Positions 22,520 through 32,955 are shown, counted from the stretch's first letter. The stretch: DNA of 64,000 nt from Roseateles sp. (GCF_965229315.1 NZ_CBDDJA010000002.1:1053960-1117959); one strand, 5' to 3'. Program-made: numbers and translations. Notes: generated by a model from the letters alone, not told the origin.

Positions 22520-24373
22520 ATGAAACGTCTGCCCCTTCCCCGCACCCTCGTGCTCTGCCTTGGCCTTGCCCTCGGCGGCCACGCCGCCCACGCCCAGCCG
22601 CTGCCCACCGTCTGGAACCTCGCCCCCCTCTACGCCAGCGACAGCGACTGGGAATCCGCCCGCAAGGCCCTGCTGGCCGACCTGCCCAAGCTGGCGGCGC
22701 TGAAGGGCACGCTGGGCAAGAGCGCGCAGAGCCTGCGCGCCGGGCTGGACGCCATCAGCGCGGCCAACCTGCGTGTCGAACGCCTGCGCGTGTACGCCAG
22801 CATGAAGCAGTCCACCGACAACCGGGACACCCAGAACCAGGAGCGCAGCAACCTGGCGGCGCAGCTGGGCGGTGAGTACAGCAGCACCATCGCGTGGCTG
22901 GAGCCCGAGATCCAGTCGCTGGGCGAGGCCAAGGTCGCGGCGTTCGTGAAGGCCGAGCCGGGGCTGAAGAAGCATGCCGAGCACCTGCGCAACAGCCTGC
23001 GCCAGGCCAGGCACACGCTGAGCGCCGAGAGCGAAGCCGTGATCGCGGCGCTGGGCCCGGTGCGCGAAGCCACGGGCGAGGTGCGCACCTTGCTGTTCAA
23101 CGCCAACACCCAGTGGCCCGAGCTGACGGTCAACGGCAAGACCGAGCGCGTGACCGACACCAAGTACGGCCTGCTGCGGCAGAACCCCGACCGCGCGGTG
23201 CGCAAGCAGGTGTTCGACGCCTTCTTCGGCGCGATAGCCCAGTACGAGGACACCTACGGCGTGACGCTGGGCAACGTGGTGCAGGACGACACCATCATGG
23301 CCAGGCTGCGCCGCTACCCCAGCGCCGTGGCCATGAGCCTGGGCGCCGAGGAAATCCCCGAGGCCGTGTACCGCACGCTGGTGGCCGAGGTGCACAAGGG
23401 CCTGCCCACGCTGCACCGCTACTTCAAGCTGCGCCAGAAGATGCTGGGACTGCCGGACCTGCACTACTACGACATCTACCCGGCCCTGGTCACGCAGAAC
23501 AAGCAATACAGCCTGGACGATGCCGCCGCGCTGACGCTGGCCGCCACCCAGCCGCTGGGCGACGACTACCAGGCCCTGCTGGCGAAGGCCTTCAAGGGCA
23601 ACACCATGCACGCCATGCCGGCGCCCGGCAAACGCGGCGGGGCCTACCAGGACGGCGTGTACGGCGCGCCGCCCTTCGTGTTCCTGAACCACCAGGGCGA
23701 GTTCGAGTCGGTCAGCACGTTCGCGCACGAGTGGGGCCACGCCATGCACACGGCCATGGCCAACCGCGCGCAGCCGTACGAGACGGCGAACTATTCGCTG
23801 TTCATCGCCGAGATCGCCTCCACCGCCAACGAGGTGCTGCTGAGCCACTACATGCGCGGGCAGGCCACCAGCAAGGAAGAAAAGCTCTACCAGCTGGGCT
23901 ATGCGCTGGAGCGCCTGCGCGGCACGTTCTTCCGCCAGGCCATGTTCGGCGAGTTCGAGCTGAACACGCACGACGCCGCCGCCAGGGGCGAGGCGCTGAA
24001 CGGCAAGCGCATGACGGAGATCTACTGCAAGCTGTTGAAGGACTACCACGGCGACGCCGCCGGGGTGATGAAGATCGACCCGGCGTACTGCCAGGAATGG
24101 GCCTTCATCCCGCACTTCTACCGGCCGTTCTACGTGTACCAGTACGCCACGTCGATCACCGCGGCGCTGCACTTCGCCGAAGACATCCTGGCCGCCAAGC
24201 CCGGCGCCCGCGACAACTACCTGAGGCTGCTGGCCGGCGGTGGCTCGGTGGCGCCCTACCAGGCGCTGAAGAACGCAGGCTTGGACATGGCGACCCCCGC
24301 GCCCTACCAGGCCGTCATCAAGCGCATGGACAGCATCATGGACGAGATGGAGGCGCTGTTGGCGGCCCAGTGA
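22520..24373 (+). CDS. pepF: M3B oligoendopeptidase F family, secreted
   Basis: 617 aa. Signal peptide MKRLPLPRTLVLCLGLALGGHAAHA. FAHEWGHAMH zinc motif and PepF-like architecture. Confidence 0.88.
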   Translation: MKRLPLPRTLVLCLGLALGGHAAHAQPLPTVWNLAPLYASDSDWESARKALLADLPKLAALKGTLGKSAQSLRAGLDAISAANLRVERLRVYASMKQSTDNRDTQNQERSNLAAQLGGEYSSTIAWLEPEIQSLGEAKVAAFVKAEPGLKKHAEHLRNSLRQARHTLSAESEAVIAALGPVREATGEVRTLLFNANTQWPELTVNGKTERVTDTKYGLLRQNPDRAVRKQVFDAFFGAIAQYEDTYGVTLGNVVQDDTIMARLRRYPSAVAMSLGAEEIPEAVYRTLVAEVHKGLPTLHRYFKLRQKMLGLPDLHYYDIYPALVTQNKQYSLDDAAALTLAATQPLGDDYQALLAKAFKGNTMHAMPAPGKRGGAYQDGVYGAPPFVFLNHQGEFESVSTFAHEWGHAMHTAMANRAQPYETANYSLFIAEIASTANEVLLSHYMRGQATSKEEKLYQLGYALERLRGTFFRQAMFGEFELNTHDAAARGEALNGKRMTEIYCKLLKDYHGDAAGVMKIDPAYCQEWAFIPHFYRPFYVYQYATSITAALHFAEDILAAKPGARDNYLRLLAGGGSVAPYQALKNAGLDMATPAPYQAVIKRMDSIMDEMEALLAAQ

Positions 24374-24404
24374 CGAGCCAGTGCGACCCGGCGCCAGCCC
24401 CCCA

Positions 24405-26033
24405 TCACTGGTCGTACCGCACCGCCTTGACCTGAAGCTGCGGCGCCTGCCAGGCGTAGCTCGGGCTGAGGACATCCAGCTCGGACGCCTGGCCTCGCCA
24501 CTGCAGGCCCATCAACGACGCCAGTGTCCAGCCGGCCCAGTCGGCTCGGAACGGCCGACTCGTGATGGCTGCGTCGAACGGTGCGGCGCTGCGCCAAAGA
24601 AGCGCGGGGATGCGATAGCCCGCTGCGGTGGAAGGGCTGTGCCCTGCGAAGACCCGTTCGTGGCCGACTTCCTGGCCGTGATCTGACAGAAACATCCAGG
24701 AAGCGTGCCCGCCGCCTGGCGTGTGATGGCGGGACAGCCGCAAGGTCTCGGCAACGACGGAGTCGTGGTAGCGGATGGCCGTGTCATACGAGCGCCGCGC
24801 CGCGCGCAGCCAAGCCGGCTTGCCGCGGCGCATCATGTCGCGCTCGACGCCGTCCGTCTCTTCTGCAAAGGGCGTGAAGTCTGCGGGTGCGCGAAGGCGG
24901 TAGTGCGGGTGCGCGCCCAGCAGGTGAACGATGATCAGTTTGCGGGGTGCGGGATCGATCAACGCTTCTTTCAGGCAGTCCAGCAACTCACCGTCGAGCA
25001 TGGCGGTGGAACGGCCGGGCTCCCGGTTGATCATCTCGAGGCTGTCGGCGAGCCGCGCATGCTGCTGCTCGATCGCGACATCGTCGTGGTTGCTCATCCA
25101 CCAGACCCGATAGCCCGCCGCGCGCGCCAGCGCCAGCAGGTGATGGGTCTTGTTGACAGGGTCGTCCTCGTCCCGCGCGCCGAAGCTGAACAGGCCGCTC
25201 AACGAGGCCAGCGTGCTGGGCTGCACGGACCAGGCATGCTGCAGTTTCAGGAACTGCCCCCGTTCGGCAGCGGCGAGCTGGGCCAGGTGCGGCGTGGTGT
25301 CGCGCGAGTAGCCGTACAGACCCATGTTGTCGCGGTTGATGCTGTCGGTCAGCACGAGGACAACGGTCGAAGGCCCTGTCATCGACGTTCGGGCACCTGC
25401 CGCAAGGGCATTCGCGAGCAGCTTGGCACGCTCGTTTTCCTGATTCGACCAGGCCGAACGCAGCTCGCCCACGGACGCCACCCAGTTCGGCCAGAACAAC
25501 ACCGGGTGATGGCGGCGCCAGGGTTTGCTCAGCAGCCCGGCAAGACACAGCGCCATCAGCACGGCGAACACCCATCGAGAACGCAAGCGGAGGGGCTCGC
25601 TGCGGCGATTGGCCGCGCCGACGAGCGCTGCCACCAGCCACAGCGAAGCGATCAATGCCGCCCCGCCGCCCGCCAGCGTGAGTGCTTGCGAGGACGCGTA
25701 TTCGAGCGCCTCGCGAGGCGTCGTGTTGGCCACGGCTGCCAGCACCAGCGAGCTTTCCGGAGAAGCCTGGTAGTGCATGCGCATGAAGGCGCGGACGGCA
25801 CCGTCGATGAGGAACAGGCCGATCAGCAGGCCAGCCACCGCGAACCGCAACGAGCGCCACCGGGTGGACTTGAGGGGCCACAGCAGCCACAGCACGGCCG
25901 GCAGCGCGAGCACGACGACCTGGGCCACCCGACGCCCTTCGTAGCCGGCGACCGCGGCGAGCGTGACGAGCGCGAGCAGCGACAGCGAAGCCACCGGCAC
26001 TGACAACCGCTTGGGAAGATGGAAACGGAACAT
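24405..26033 (-). CDS. Membrane sulfatase-family phosphoethanolamine transferase-like protein
   Basis: N-terminal multi-TM region followed by VVLVLTDSINRDNMGLYGY...HLLGAHPHY...FLSDHG, typical of the EptA/CptA-type alkaline-phosphatase superfamily. Confidence 0.78.
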   Translation of the reverse strand: MFRFHLPKRLSVPVASLSLLALVTLAAVAGYEGRRVAQVVVLALPAVLWLLWPLKSTRWRSLRFAVAGLLIGLFLIDGAVRAFMRMHYQASPESSLVLAAVANTTPREALEYASSQALTLAGGGAALIASLWLVAALVGAANRRSEPLRLRSRWVFAVLMALCLAGLLSKPWRRHHPVLFWPNWVASVGELRSAWSNQENERAKLLANALAAGARTSMTGPSTVVLVLTDSINRDNMGLYGYSRDTTPHLAQLAAAERGQFLKLQHAWSVQPSTLASLSGLFSFGARDEDDPVNKTHHLLALARAAGYRVWWMSNHDDVAIEQQHARLADSLEMINREPGRSTAMLDGELLDCLKEALIDPAPRKLIIVHLLGAHPHYRLRAPADFTPFAEETDGVERDMMRRGKPAWLRAARRSYDTAIRYHDSVVAETLRLSRHHTPGGGHASWMFLSDHGQEVGHERVFAGHSPSTAAGYRIPALLWRSAAPFDAAITSRPFRADWAGWTLASLMGLQWRGQASELDVLSPSYAWQAPQLQVKAVRYDQ

Positions 26034-26090
26034 GCTTCAGGAATCAGGGGGAGTGGGCGAGAGGTTCGTGCCAGGCAAGTGACAGGGGAC

Positions 26091-26717
26091 TCAGCGTGTC
26101 GTGATCATGCGCACGCCCAGGCCGATGAACACCGTCCCCGCCAGCCGATCCAGCAATTTTCCCAGGCTGGGCCGGCGGTTCAGCCAGGCGCCGATGCCAC
26201 CGGAGAAGTAGCCCAGCAGCCCGAAGAGCACCGCCGCCTGCGCGGTGAACAGCACGCCCAGCAGCCCCAGTTGCCACGCCACCTGGCCCTGCTGCGCGAC
26301 GACGAACTGCGGCAGGAAGGACAGGAAGAACAGCACCACCTTGGGGTTGATCGCGTTGGCAACCAGCCCCTTCACGAACAGCTGGCGCAGCGGCGTCTCC
26401 GCCAGTGCCTCCCCGCCCACGCGCACGGCGCCGGCATGCCGCCAGGCCTGCACGCCCATCCACAGCAGGTAGGCGCCGCCGGCCGCCTTCAACGCCGTGA
26501 ACGCGACGGGCGATGCCGCCACCAGCGCGCTGACGCCCACCACGGCGAGCAACGTGTGGCTGAGGCAACCCAGAGCGCAGCCCAGGCCGAAGGCCATGCC
26601 CGCCCGCCGGCCGCGCGACATGCCCATGCTGAGCACCATCAGGTTGTCCGGCCCGGGCGTCGCGGTGAGCATGATGGCGGTGGCGAGGAAGGCGAGGGCT
26701 TGGGCGGCGGTCAGCAT
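26091..26717 (-). CDS. LysE/RhtB-family amino-acid exporter
   Basis: LTATPGPDNLMVLS...NPKVVLFFLSFLPQFV signature; 208 aa, six TM helices. Confidence 0.9.
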   Translation of the reverse strand: MLTAAQALAFLATAIMLTATPGPDNLMVLSMGMSRGRRAGMAFGLGCALGCLSHTLLAVVGVSALVAASPVAFTALKAAGGAYLLWMGVQAWRHAGAVRVGGEALAETPLRQLFVKGLVANAINPKVVLFFLSFLPQFVVAQQGQVAWQLGLLGVLFTAQAAVLFGLLGYFSGGIGAWLNRRPSLGKLLDRLAGTVFIGLGVRMITTR

Positions 26718-26782
26718 GGGCGGATGCTAAGCGGGCCCAACCGGTGGGCCATGTGCTCCTGCGCAGGGCACAGAATGCCGGC

Positions 26783-27451
26783 ATGCAGGTCCGCCACCGA
26801 AGACTCCTCATCCTCACGCGCCGCCACCCCTCGGCCATCCTGCTGGTCGTGCAGCTCGCCGGCCTGCTGCTCTACCCGCTGCTGGAAACGACGCGCGCCG
26901 GCCCCTTGGCGCTGAGCGCCTTCGGCATCGCGGTGCTGATCTTCACCACCGGCATGGTGCGACGCACGCCGGGTCTCACGTGGCTGAGCGTGTGCCTGGC
27001 GCTGCCGGCCATCGTCCTGCTGGTGCTCCAGGGGGTGTGGCAGATGCACTGGCTGCTGCCCTGGTCCGCCGCGCTGGAGGCGCTGTTCTATTTCTACGCG
27101 GCCGGCAGCCTCGTCGCCTACATGCTGGGCGACATGCGCGCGACGACGGACGAGCTGTTCGCGGCCGGCGCCACCTTCACGCTGCTGGCCTGGGGCTTTG
27201 CCTACAGCTTCGAGGTGCTGCAGGCCGTGCAGCCGGGCAGTTTCATGGCGGCGGTCAACGCCGAGCAGCCGCGCACCTGGTCGGAGCTGATGTTCCTGAG
27301 CTTCGCGTTGCTGTCCAGCACAGGCATCGGCGACGTCATCCCGGTGCGGCCTCTGGCGCGTGCGGTGGCGAGCCTGGAGATGTTCGTCGGCGTGATGTAC
27401 CTGGCCGCGGTGGTGTCGCGGCTGATCGGGCTGACGCTGCTGCGGCGCTGA
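26783..27451 (+). CDS. Two-TM ion-channel (potassium-channel-like pore) protein
   Basis: Pore-like LLSSTGIGDVIPV sequence between TM helices. The start is uncertain (GTG 26744 or ATG 26783). Confidence 0.65.
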   Translation: MQVRHRRLLILTRRHPSAILLVVQLAGLLLYPLLETTRAGPLALSAFGIAVLIFTTGMVRRTPGLTWLSVCLALPAIVLLVLQGVWQMHWLLPWSAALEALFYFYAAGSLVAYMLGDMRATTDELFAAGATFTLLAWGFAYSFEVLQAVQPGSFMAAVNAEQPRTWSELMFLSFALLSSTGIGDVIPVRPLARAVASLEMFVGVMYLAAVVSRLIGLTLLRR

Positions 27452-27550
27452 TCCGCGCCAGCCCGGCATCCACGTCGCCACGCAACGCCCCCCGGCTTGA
27501 CACCCGCTGCCGCACCAGGACACTCGCATCTGCCCGCCCGCCGCCAGCCC

Positions 27551-28240
27551 ATGTCGCCCACGCTCACCTTGCGCCACTACGGCCCGTCCCGCGGCAGCCA
27601 TGCGCACGACCATGCCCAGGTGCTGTGGACGCTGGACGGTGCGCTGGAACTGGAAATGGACGGCCGCGGCCAGCGGCTGGCGGCGGGGCAGGGCCTGCTG
27701 ATCCCGCCCGGTGCGCTGCACGACTTCGAGGCGCCGCAGGGCAGCCAGTGCCTGGTGCTGGACACAGCCGACCCCGCCTGGGCCGCCCGCGCGCCCGCGC
27801 CTGAGCACGCGCAGCCGGTGGACCATTTGGTGCGCTTCCTGGCCGCGTCGCTGCAGCAGGGCCTGCCGGTGTCGCAGGCGCTGGCCGTGCAGTTGCTGGC
27901 CCAGGCCTGGGGGCCGGGCGAGGTGCGCGCGGTGCTGCGCAGCGGCCGGGCCATCGACTGGGCCGGCCTGCGGCGCTGGCTGCAGACGCGCCTGGCCGCG
28001 CCGCTGACCGTGGCCGACCTGGCCGCCCGGGCGGGCCTGGCCGAGAGCCAGTTCCGCGCCCGTTGCCTGGCGGCCACCGGGCTCACGCCCATGCAGTGGC
28101 TGCGCGCGCAGCGGCTGGCGCGGGCCCGCGAGCTGCGCGCCGCCGGCCTGCCCGTGGCGCTGGTGGCGCAGCGCGTGGGCTACGACTCGCCCTCGGCGCT
28201 GACGGCGGCGCTGCGGCGCGGCGCCGGCCCCGCCGCCTGA
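27551..28240 (+). CDS. AraC-family transcriptional regulator with cupin sensor domain
   Basis: HAHDHAQVLW..GALHDF cupin region plus the C-terminal HTH LTVADLAARAGLAESQFRARC...GYDSPSALTAALRR. Confidence 0.85.
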   Translation: MSPTLTLRHYGPSRGSHAHDHAQVLWTLDGALELEMDGRGQRLAAGQGLLIPPGALHDFEAPQGSQCLVLDTADPAWAARAPAPEHAQPVDHLVRFLAASLQQGLPVSQALAVQLLAQAWGPGEVRAVLRSGRAIDWAGLRRWLQTRLAAPLTVADLAARAGLAESQFRARCLAATGLTPMQWLRAQRLARARELRAAGLPVALVAQRVGYDSPSALTAALRRGAGPAA

Positions 28241-28306
28241 CGGCGACCGCTGGCGCGCGACGACCGCCCGGCGTTGCGCGACGACGCAGCGCCGAGACTG
28301 GCCGGC

Positions 28307-29164
28307 ATGCTGAACAAAGCCGACCGAGCTGATCTCCTGGCCCTCGCGGCCATCCTGATGTGGGCCTCGCTCGCCACACTGGGCGTCTCGCTCGCGCATG
28401 TGCCGCCCTTCCTGCTGACGGGCCTGGGGCTGCTGGTGGGCAGCGCGCTGGCGCTGCCGCTGTCACGCTGGCGGTGGCAGGCCTGGGTGCTGCCGTGGCG
28501 CACGCTGGCGCTGGGGGTCTACGGCCTGTTCGGCTTTCACCTGCTGTTGTTCATGGCGCTGCGCACCGCGCCGGCGCTGCAGGCCAACCTCATCAACTAC
28601 CTGTGGCCGCTGGGCATGGTGGTGCTGGCACCCGTGCTGCTGCCGGGCCTGCGCTGGCGCGCGGCGCAGGTGGGCGCGGCGCTGCTGGGCTTTGCGGGTG
28701 CGGCGGTGGTCATCCTCGGCCGGGCTGGGGGCGAAGCGAGTGGCGGCTGGCATGCGGGCTATGCGCTGGCGCTGGGCTCGGCGCTGGTGTGGAGCAGCTA
28801 CTCGCTGCTGACGCGCCGCGTGCCGGCCTTCCCGACCAGCGCGGTGGGCAGCTTCGCGGCCGTGTCGGGCCTGCTGTCGCTGGCCTGCCATGCGCTGTGG
28901 GAGCCTGCGGTGGACCTGAGCGCACGCGATGCCCTGCTGATCGTCGCGCTGGGCCTGGGGCCGCTGGGCGGTGCGTTCTTCCTGTGGGACGCGGCGCTGA
29001 AGGCCGGCGACCCGCGCCGCATCGGGCTGCTGGCCTTCCTCACGCCGCTGCTGTCCACGGCGGTGGTGCTGGTCGCCACGGGCCAGGCGCTGACGGCGTC
29101 GCTGGCGCTGGGCGGGCTGATGATCGTCGGCGCCGCCGTGTGGGGCAGCCGCGAGGCGGGCTGA
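28307..29164 (+). CDS. DMT-superfamily (EamA) transporter
   Basis: Ten predicted TM helices; repeated EamA-like halves. Confidence 0.82.
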   Translation: MLNKADRADLLALAAILMWASLATLGVSLAHVPPFLLTGLGLLVGSALALPLSRWRWQAWVLPWRTLALGVYGLFGFHLLLFMALRTAPALQANLINYLWPLGMVVLAPVLLPGLRWRAAQVGAALLGFAGAAVVILGRAGGEASGGWHAGYALALGSALVWSSYSLLTRRVPAFPTSAVGSFAAVSGLLSLACHALWEPAVDLSARDALLIVALGLGPLGGAFFLWDAALKAGDPRRIGLLAFLTPLLSTAVVLVATGQALTASLALGGLMIVGAAVWGSREAG

Positions 29165-29167
29165 GCC

Positions 29168-29980
29168 TCAGTCGCGGAACGATGGCGCGGCGCCCTTGCC
29201 GGCCATCATGGCCTGGGTCAGGTCCTCGCTCATCAGCATCGCGGCGTTCCAGGTGGCGATGTAGTTCAGGCCGTCGGGCACCGAGTGGTCGCGGGCGTAG
29301 TTCAGCATCTCCTTGGTGCCGCGGATGGACAGCGGCGACTTGGCGGCGATGCTCGCGGCGATGTCGCGCACGCCAGCCTGCAGCGCCTCGCGGCTGTCGA
29401 ACACGCGGTTGACGAGGCCCACCTCGCGCGCTTCGGCGGCGTCCATGCGCCGGCCGGTGTAGGCCAGCTCGCGCACCAGGCCCTGCGAGCCGACGATCTT
29501 GGGCAGGCGCTGCAGCGTGCCCACGTCGGCCACCATGCCGATGTCGATCTCCTTGATGGAGAAGTAGGCGTCTGCCGAGCAGTAGCGCATGTCGGCGCAG
29601 GTGATGAGGTCGATGCCGCCGCCCACGCAGGCGCCGTGGATGGCCGCGAGCACGGGCTTGCGGCAGCGCTCCAGGCTGGTCAGCGTGTCCTGCATGTCCA
29701 GGATGACGCGGCGCAGGCCTTCGCGGGTGCGGCCGTCGCAGGGGTCCTGGATCTGCGGCGCGATGCCCATCATCATCTGCAGGTCGATGCCGGCGGTGAA
29801 GTGTTTGCCTTCGCCTTCCAGCACCGCCACCCGGGCCTCGGGCTGGCCGTCGATCCAGTCGAACGCGCGGCGGATGTCCTGCCACATGACGGCGTTCATC
29901 GCGTTGGCCTTGTCGGGCCGGTTCAGGCGGACGGTGGCGATATGGTCCTGGATGGAGACGATGAGGGTGTCGAGTTGCAT
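29168..29980 (-). CDS. Crotonase-family enoyl-CoA hydratase/isomerase (dienoyl-CoA-isomerase-like)
   Basis: VRLNRPDKANAMN...GEGKHFTAGIDL...AAIHGACVGGGIDLITCADMRY. Confidence 0.88.
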   Translation of the reverse strand: MQLDTLIVSIQDHIATVRLNRPDKANAMNAVMWQDIRRAFDWIDGQPEARVAVLEGEGKHFTAGIDLQMMMGIAPQIQDPCDGRTREGLRRVILDMQDTLTSLERCRKPVLAAIHGACVGGGIDLITCADMRYCSADAYFSIKEIDIGMVADVGTLQRLPKIVGSQGLVRELAYTGRRMDAAEAREVGLVNRVFDSREALQAGVRDIAASIAAKSPLSIRGTKEMLNYARDHSVPDGLNYIATWNAAMLMSEDLTQAMMAGKGAAPSFRD

Positions 29981-29990
29981 GGTGATCGGG

Positions 29991-30374
29991 TCAGCGTGGG
30001 GCGGTGTGCTCGCGCAGCCATTGCGCCAGCGCGGCTTCGTCGGTGTCGCCGGCGGCGACGGAGAGCATGGTCAACGTGGCGTCAGCCTGCGAAGCGGTCA
30101 GCCACCAGCCATTGAGGAACAGGAACAGGCCGATGGACAGGAAGGCCGCGCGCTTGTTGCCGTCAACGAAGGGGTGGTTCTTCGCGAGGCCCACGCCGTA
30201 GCTGGCTGCGAGGTCGAAGACGTCCGGCGAGCCGTAGTGAGCGAGGTTGGGCGGCCGCGCGAAGGCAGATTCCAGGAGGCCTTCGTCACGTAACCCGGCC
30301 GTGCCGCCGTGCTCGCGCAGGCTCTCGCCGTGCAGCAGTTCCAGCGCGCGGCGATCAATCCAGATCCAGCTCAT
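29991..30374 (-). CDS. doc: Doc-family toxin (Fic fold)
   Basis: HPFVDGNKRAAF Fic/Doc motif. 127 aa. The start overlaps the antitoxin stop. Confidence 0.9.
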   Translation of the reverse strand: MSWIWIDRRALELLHGESLREHGGTAGLRDEGLLESAFARPPNLAHYGSPDVFDLAASYGVGLAKNHPFVDGNKRAAFLSIGLFLFLNGWWLTASQADATLTMLSVAAGDTDEAALAQWLREHTAPR

Positions 30375-30595
30375 TTAGCGAGCTGGTGAAAGGTGTCCTT
30401 GAACTCTCGCATGAACTCACGGCCCGCTTCGATCTGGGCTTCGATGCCCGGGTCGTAGGGCGTCAGCGTGACGCCGTTGGCCGCCTCGGTCAGATACAAG
30501 GTGTCTCCCTTCTCCACCTTCAACCTTGCCAGCACCTCCTTGGGCAGGATGACGCCGACCGAGTTGCCGATTTGCGTGAGCTTGAGTGCACTCAT
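30371..30595 (-). CDS. AbrB/MazE/SpoVT-type antitoxin (Phd functional analogue)
   Basis: MSALKLTQIGNSVGVILPKEVLARLKV... is a swapped-hairpin domain; 74 aa, directly upstream of doc. Confidence 0.85.
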   Translation of the reverse strand: MSALKLTQIGNSVGVILPKEVLARLKVEKGDTLYLTEAANGVTLTPYDPGIEAQIEAGREFMREFKDTFHQLAK

Positions 30596-30665
30596 GGATT
30601 GACTCCGTTATAACGTTTGTAATACTAGCCGGCGTTTCTGCCCATCACAAGCCCGAGGCCCCGCC

Positions 30666-32285
30666 ATGAAACGCCGCAACTTCCTCAGCGCCGCGCCGGC
30701 GCTGTCAGCCGCGACGGCCGCCACCGCCGCCGCCGGACCCGCCGCCTTGACCGCTTCCGCCGCCGCGCCCCCCGATTTCCGCTGGACCGAGCTGACCGCC
30801 GCCGAGGCGAGCCGGCAGATGGCCGATGGCAGGCTCACCTCGTTGGCGCTGACGCAGGCCTACCTCGCGCGCATCGCCGCCGTGGACCGCGCCGGCCCGA
30901 AGCTGAACAGCGTCATCGAGCTGAACCCGGACGCTGAAAGCCTGGCCGCCGCGCTGGACGCCGAGCGCGCCGCCGGCAAGCTGCGCGGCCCGCTGCACGG
31001 GCTGCCGGTGCTGCTCAAGGACAACATCGCCACACACGATCGCATGTCCAACACGGGCGGTTCCATCGCGCTGGCCGGCGTGGCCGTGCCCAGGGACGCG
31101 ACGCTGGTGGCGCGGCTGCGCGAGGCCGGCGCGGTCATCCTGGGCAAGACGAATCTCTCCGAGTGGGCCAACTTCCGCGGCAAGGCCTCGGTCAGTGGCT
31201 GGAGCAGCCGCGGCGGCCAGACCGTCAACCCCTATGCGCTGGACCGCTCGCCCAGCGGCTCGTCGTCCGGCACCGGCGCCGCGCTGGCCGCCAACCTGGC
31301 GCTGCTGGGCGTGGGCACGGAGACGGACGGCTCGGTCACGTCGCCGTGCTCGCTGCAGGCGCTGGTGGGCGTGAAGCCCACGGTGGGCCTGGTGTCGCGG
31401 CACGGTGTGATCCCCATCGCGTTCTCGCAGGACACCGCCGGCCCGATGTGCCGCAGCGTGGCCGACGCCGCGCTGCTGCTGTGGGCCATGGCCGGTGTGG
31501 ACCCGGCCGACCCGGTGACGAAGACGCAGCAGGGCCGCTTCGACCGCGACGCGCTGCTGCAGCTGCCGCCCGGGGCGCTCAAGGGCAAGCGCCTGGGCGT
31601 GGCGGTCAACCTGGCGGAAGGCCATGGCCGCGCGACGGTGGCGCTGTTCGAGGCCGCGCTGCAGGCACTGGAGGCGGCCGGCGCGACGCTGGTGCGCGAG
31701 CCGCTGCCACAGCTCCCGGCCATGGGCGCGGGCGAGCTGGACGTGCTGGTGTACGAGATGGCGCCCGCGATGGCCGACTACCTGCGCGAGTTCGCGCCGG
31801 GCGGCCCGTTCAAGACCATCGCCGACCTCGTGGCCTTCAACCAGTCGCACCCCGAAACGCTGGCACTGTTCGGCCAGGAGTGGTTCGAGGCCTCGGCAGC
31901 ATCTGCCATGGCCGGTGGCATCAAAGCGCCCAAGTACCTGAAGTCGCTCGCCACCGGCCAGCGCGCGGCGCGGGCGCAGGGCATCGACGCGATGCTGAAG
32001 AAGCACAGGCTCGACGCCATCGTCGCGCCCACGTCCGGCCCGGCCTGGCTGATCGACCCCGTCAAGGGCGACCAGGACGGGACGCCCTCGGCCACGACGC
32101 CTGCCGCCGTCGCCGGCTATCCCCACGTGACTGTGCCCATGGGCCAGGTCAGCGGCCTGCCAGTGGGGCTGTCCTTCTTCGGCACGGCCTGGGCGGACGC
32201 CAAGCTGCTGGCGCTGGCCGCCGACTACGAGCAGCGCACCCAGTTGCGCCGCGAACCCCTGTTCAAGCCCACGGCATCCGCCTGA
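30666..32285 (+). CDS. Amidase-signature family amidase with TAT signal
   Basis: [18 protein letters not shown]... twin-arginine leader. KDNI..., [16 protein letters not shown](V)TSP amidase signature. Confidence 0.9.
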   Translation: MKRRNFLSAAPALSAATAATAAAGPAALTASAAAPPDFRWTELTAAEASRQMADGRLTSLALTQAYLARIAAVDRAGPKLNSVIELNPDAESLAAALDAERAAGKLRGPLHGLPVLLKDNIATHDRMSNTGGSIALAGVAVPRDATLVARLREAGAVILGKTNLSEWANFRGKASVSGWSSRGGQTVNPYALDRSPSGSSSGTGAALAANLALLGVGTETDGSVTSPCSLQALVGVKPTVGLVSRHGVIPIAFSQDTAGPMCRSVADAALLLWAMAGVDPADPVTKTQQGRFDRDALLQLPPGALKGKRLGVAVNLAEGHGRATVALFEAALQALEAAGATLVREPLPQLPAMGAGELDVLVYEMAPAMADYLREFAPGGPFKTIADLVAFNQSHPETLALFGQEWFEASAASAMAGGIKAPKYLKSLATGQRAARAQGIDAMLKKHRLDAIVAPTSGPAWLIDPVKGDQDGTPSATTPAAVAGYPHVTVPMGQVSGLPVGLSFFGTAWADAKLLALAADYEQRTQLRREPLFKPTASA

Positions 32286-32301
32286 AGGCACACTGGCGAC
32301 C

Positions 32302-32955
32302 ATGATCCACGCTTCCAAACGCATCGCCGGCGGCAACGGCCTCGCCCCCGTGCTCGTCAAGCGCGCTGCCACGCTCGAACTCGACTGGGACACGCGCAGC
32401 AAGAGCCGCTTCGCCGCCACCGACTCCAGCGGCCGCGAGATCGGTGTCGTGCTGCCGCGCGGCACCACGCTGCGCGGCGGTGATGTGCTGGTGGCCGAGG
32501 ACGGCACGCTGGTGCGCGTCATCGCCGCCGCCCAGCCGGTGCTGCAGGTGCGCCACTGCACCGAGCACGGCAGCCCGTTCGACCTGCTGCGCGCCGCTTA
32601 CCACCTGGGCAACCGCCATGTGCCGCTGGAACTGCAGCCCACCCTGCTGCAGTTCGAACCCGACCCCGTGCTGGCCGACATGCTGCGCCGCCAGCACCTC
32701 ATCGTCACCGAAGCGCAGGCCGCGTTCGAGCCCGAAGGGGGCGCGTATGGCGAAGGCGCGGGGCATGGCCACCACCATGGGCACGACCACGGTCATGACC
32801 ACGCGCACCACGGGCATTCACACGACGACCACACGCACGCCGCCGCACCGGCGCCCGTGCGCAAGCCGCTGGCGATTCCCGTCAAGGCGCATGACGACGG
32901 CCATGTGCATGGCCCGGGCTGCGGCCACGACCACGGGCATGACCACAAGCACTGA
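32302..32955 (+). CDS. ureE: Urease accessory metallochaperone UreE with long His-rich tail
   Basis: [17 protein letters not shown] core. C-terminus [26 protein letters not shown]...[15 protein letters not shown]. Confidence 0.93.
   Translation: MIHASKRIAGGNGLAPVLVKRAATLELDWDTRSKSRFAATDSSGREIGVVLPRGTTLRGGDVLVAEDGTLVRVIAAAQPVLQVRHCTEHGSPFDLLRAAYHLGNRHVPLELQPTLLQFEPDPVLADMLRRQHLIVTEAQAAFEPEGGAYGEGAGHGHHHGHDHGHDHAHHGHSHDDHTHAAAPAPVRKPLAIPVKAHDDGHVHGPGCGHDHGHDHKH

Noticed and set aside
21623-24475. 950-aa minus-strand ORF opposite pepF. Similar giant antisense ORFs occur at 49458-51626, 52495-55026, 56194-58326, 58124-59953 and 60972-63476 (upstream part).
   Set aside because: Same GC-driven artefact. 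In each case the opposite strand, or the 3' third in the case of argH, carries a well-supported gene, and the translations are Arg/Ala/Gly-rich nonsense.
32750-32955. Repetitive CAC/CAT/GAC-rich DNA at the end of ureE.
   Set aside because: It encodes the His/Asp-rich nickel-binding tail of UreE in frame. It is a coding low-complexity region, not a non-coding repeat.
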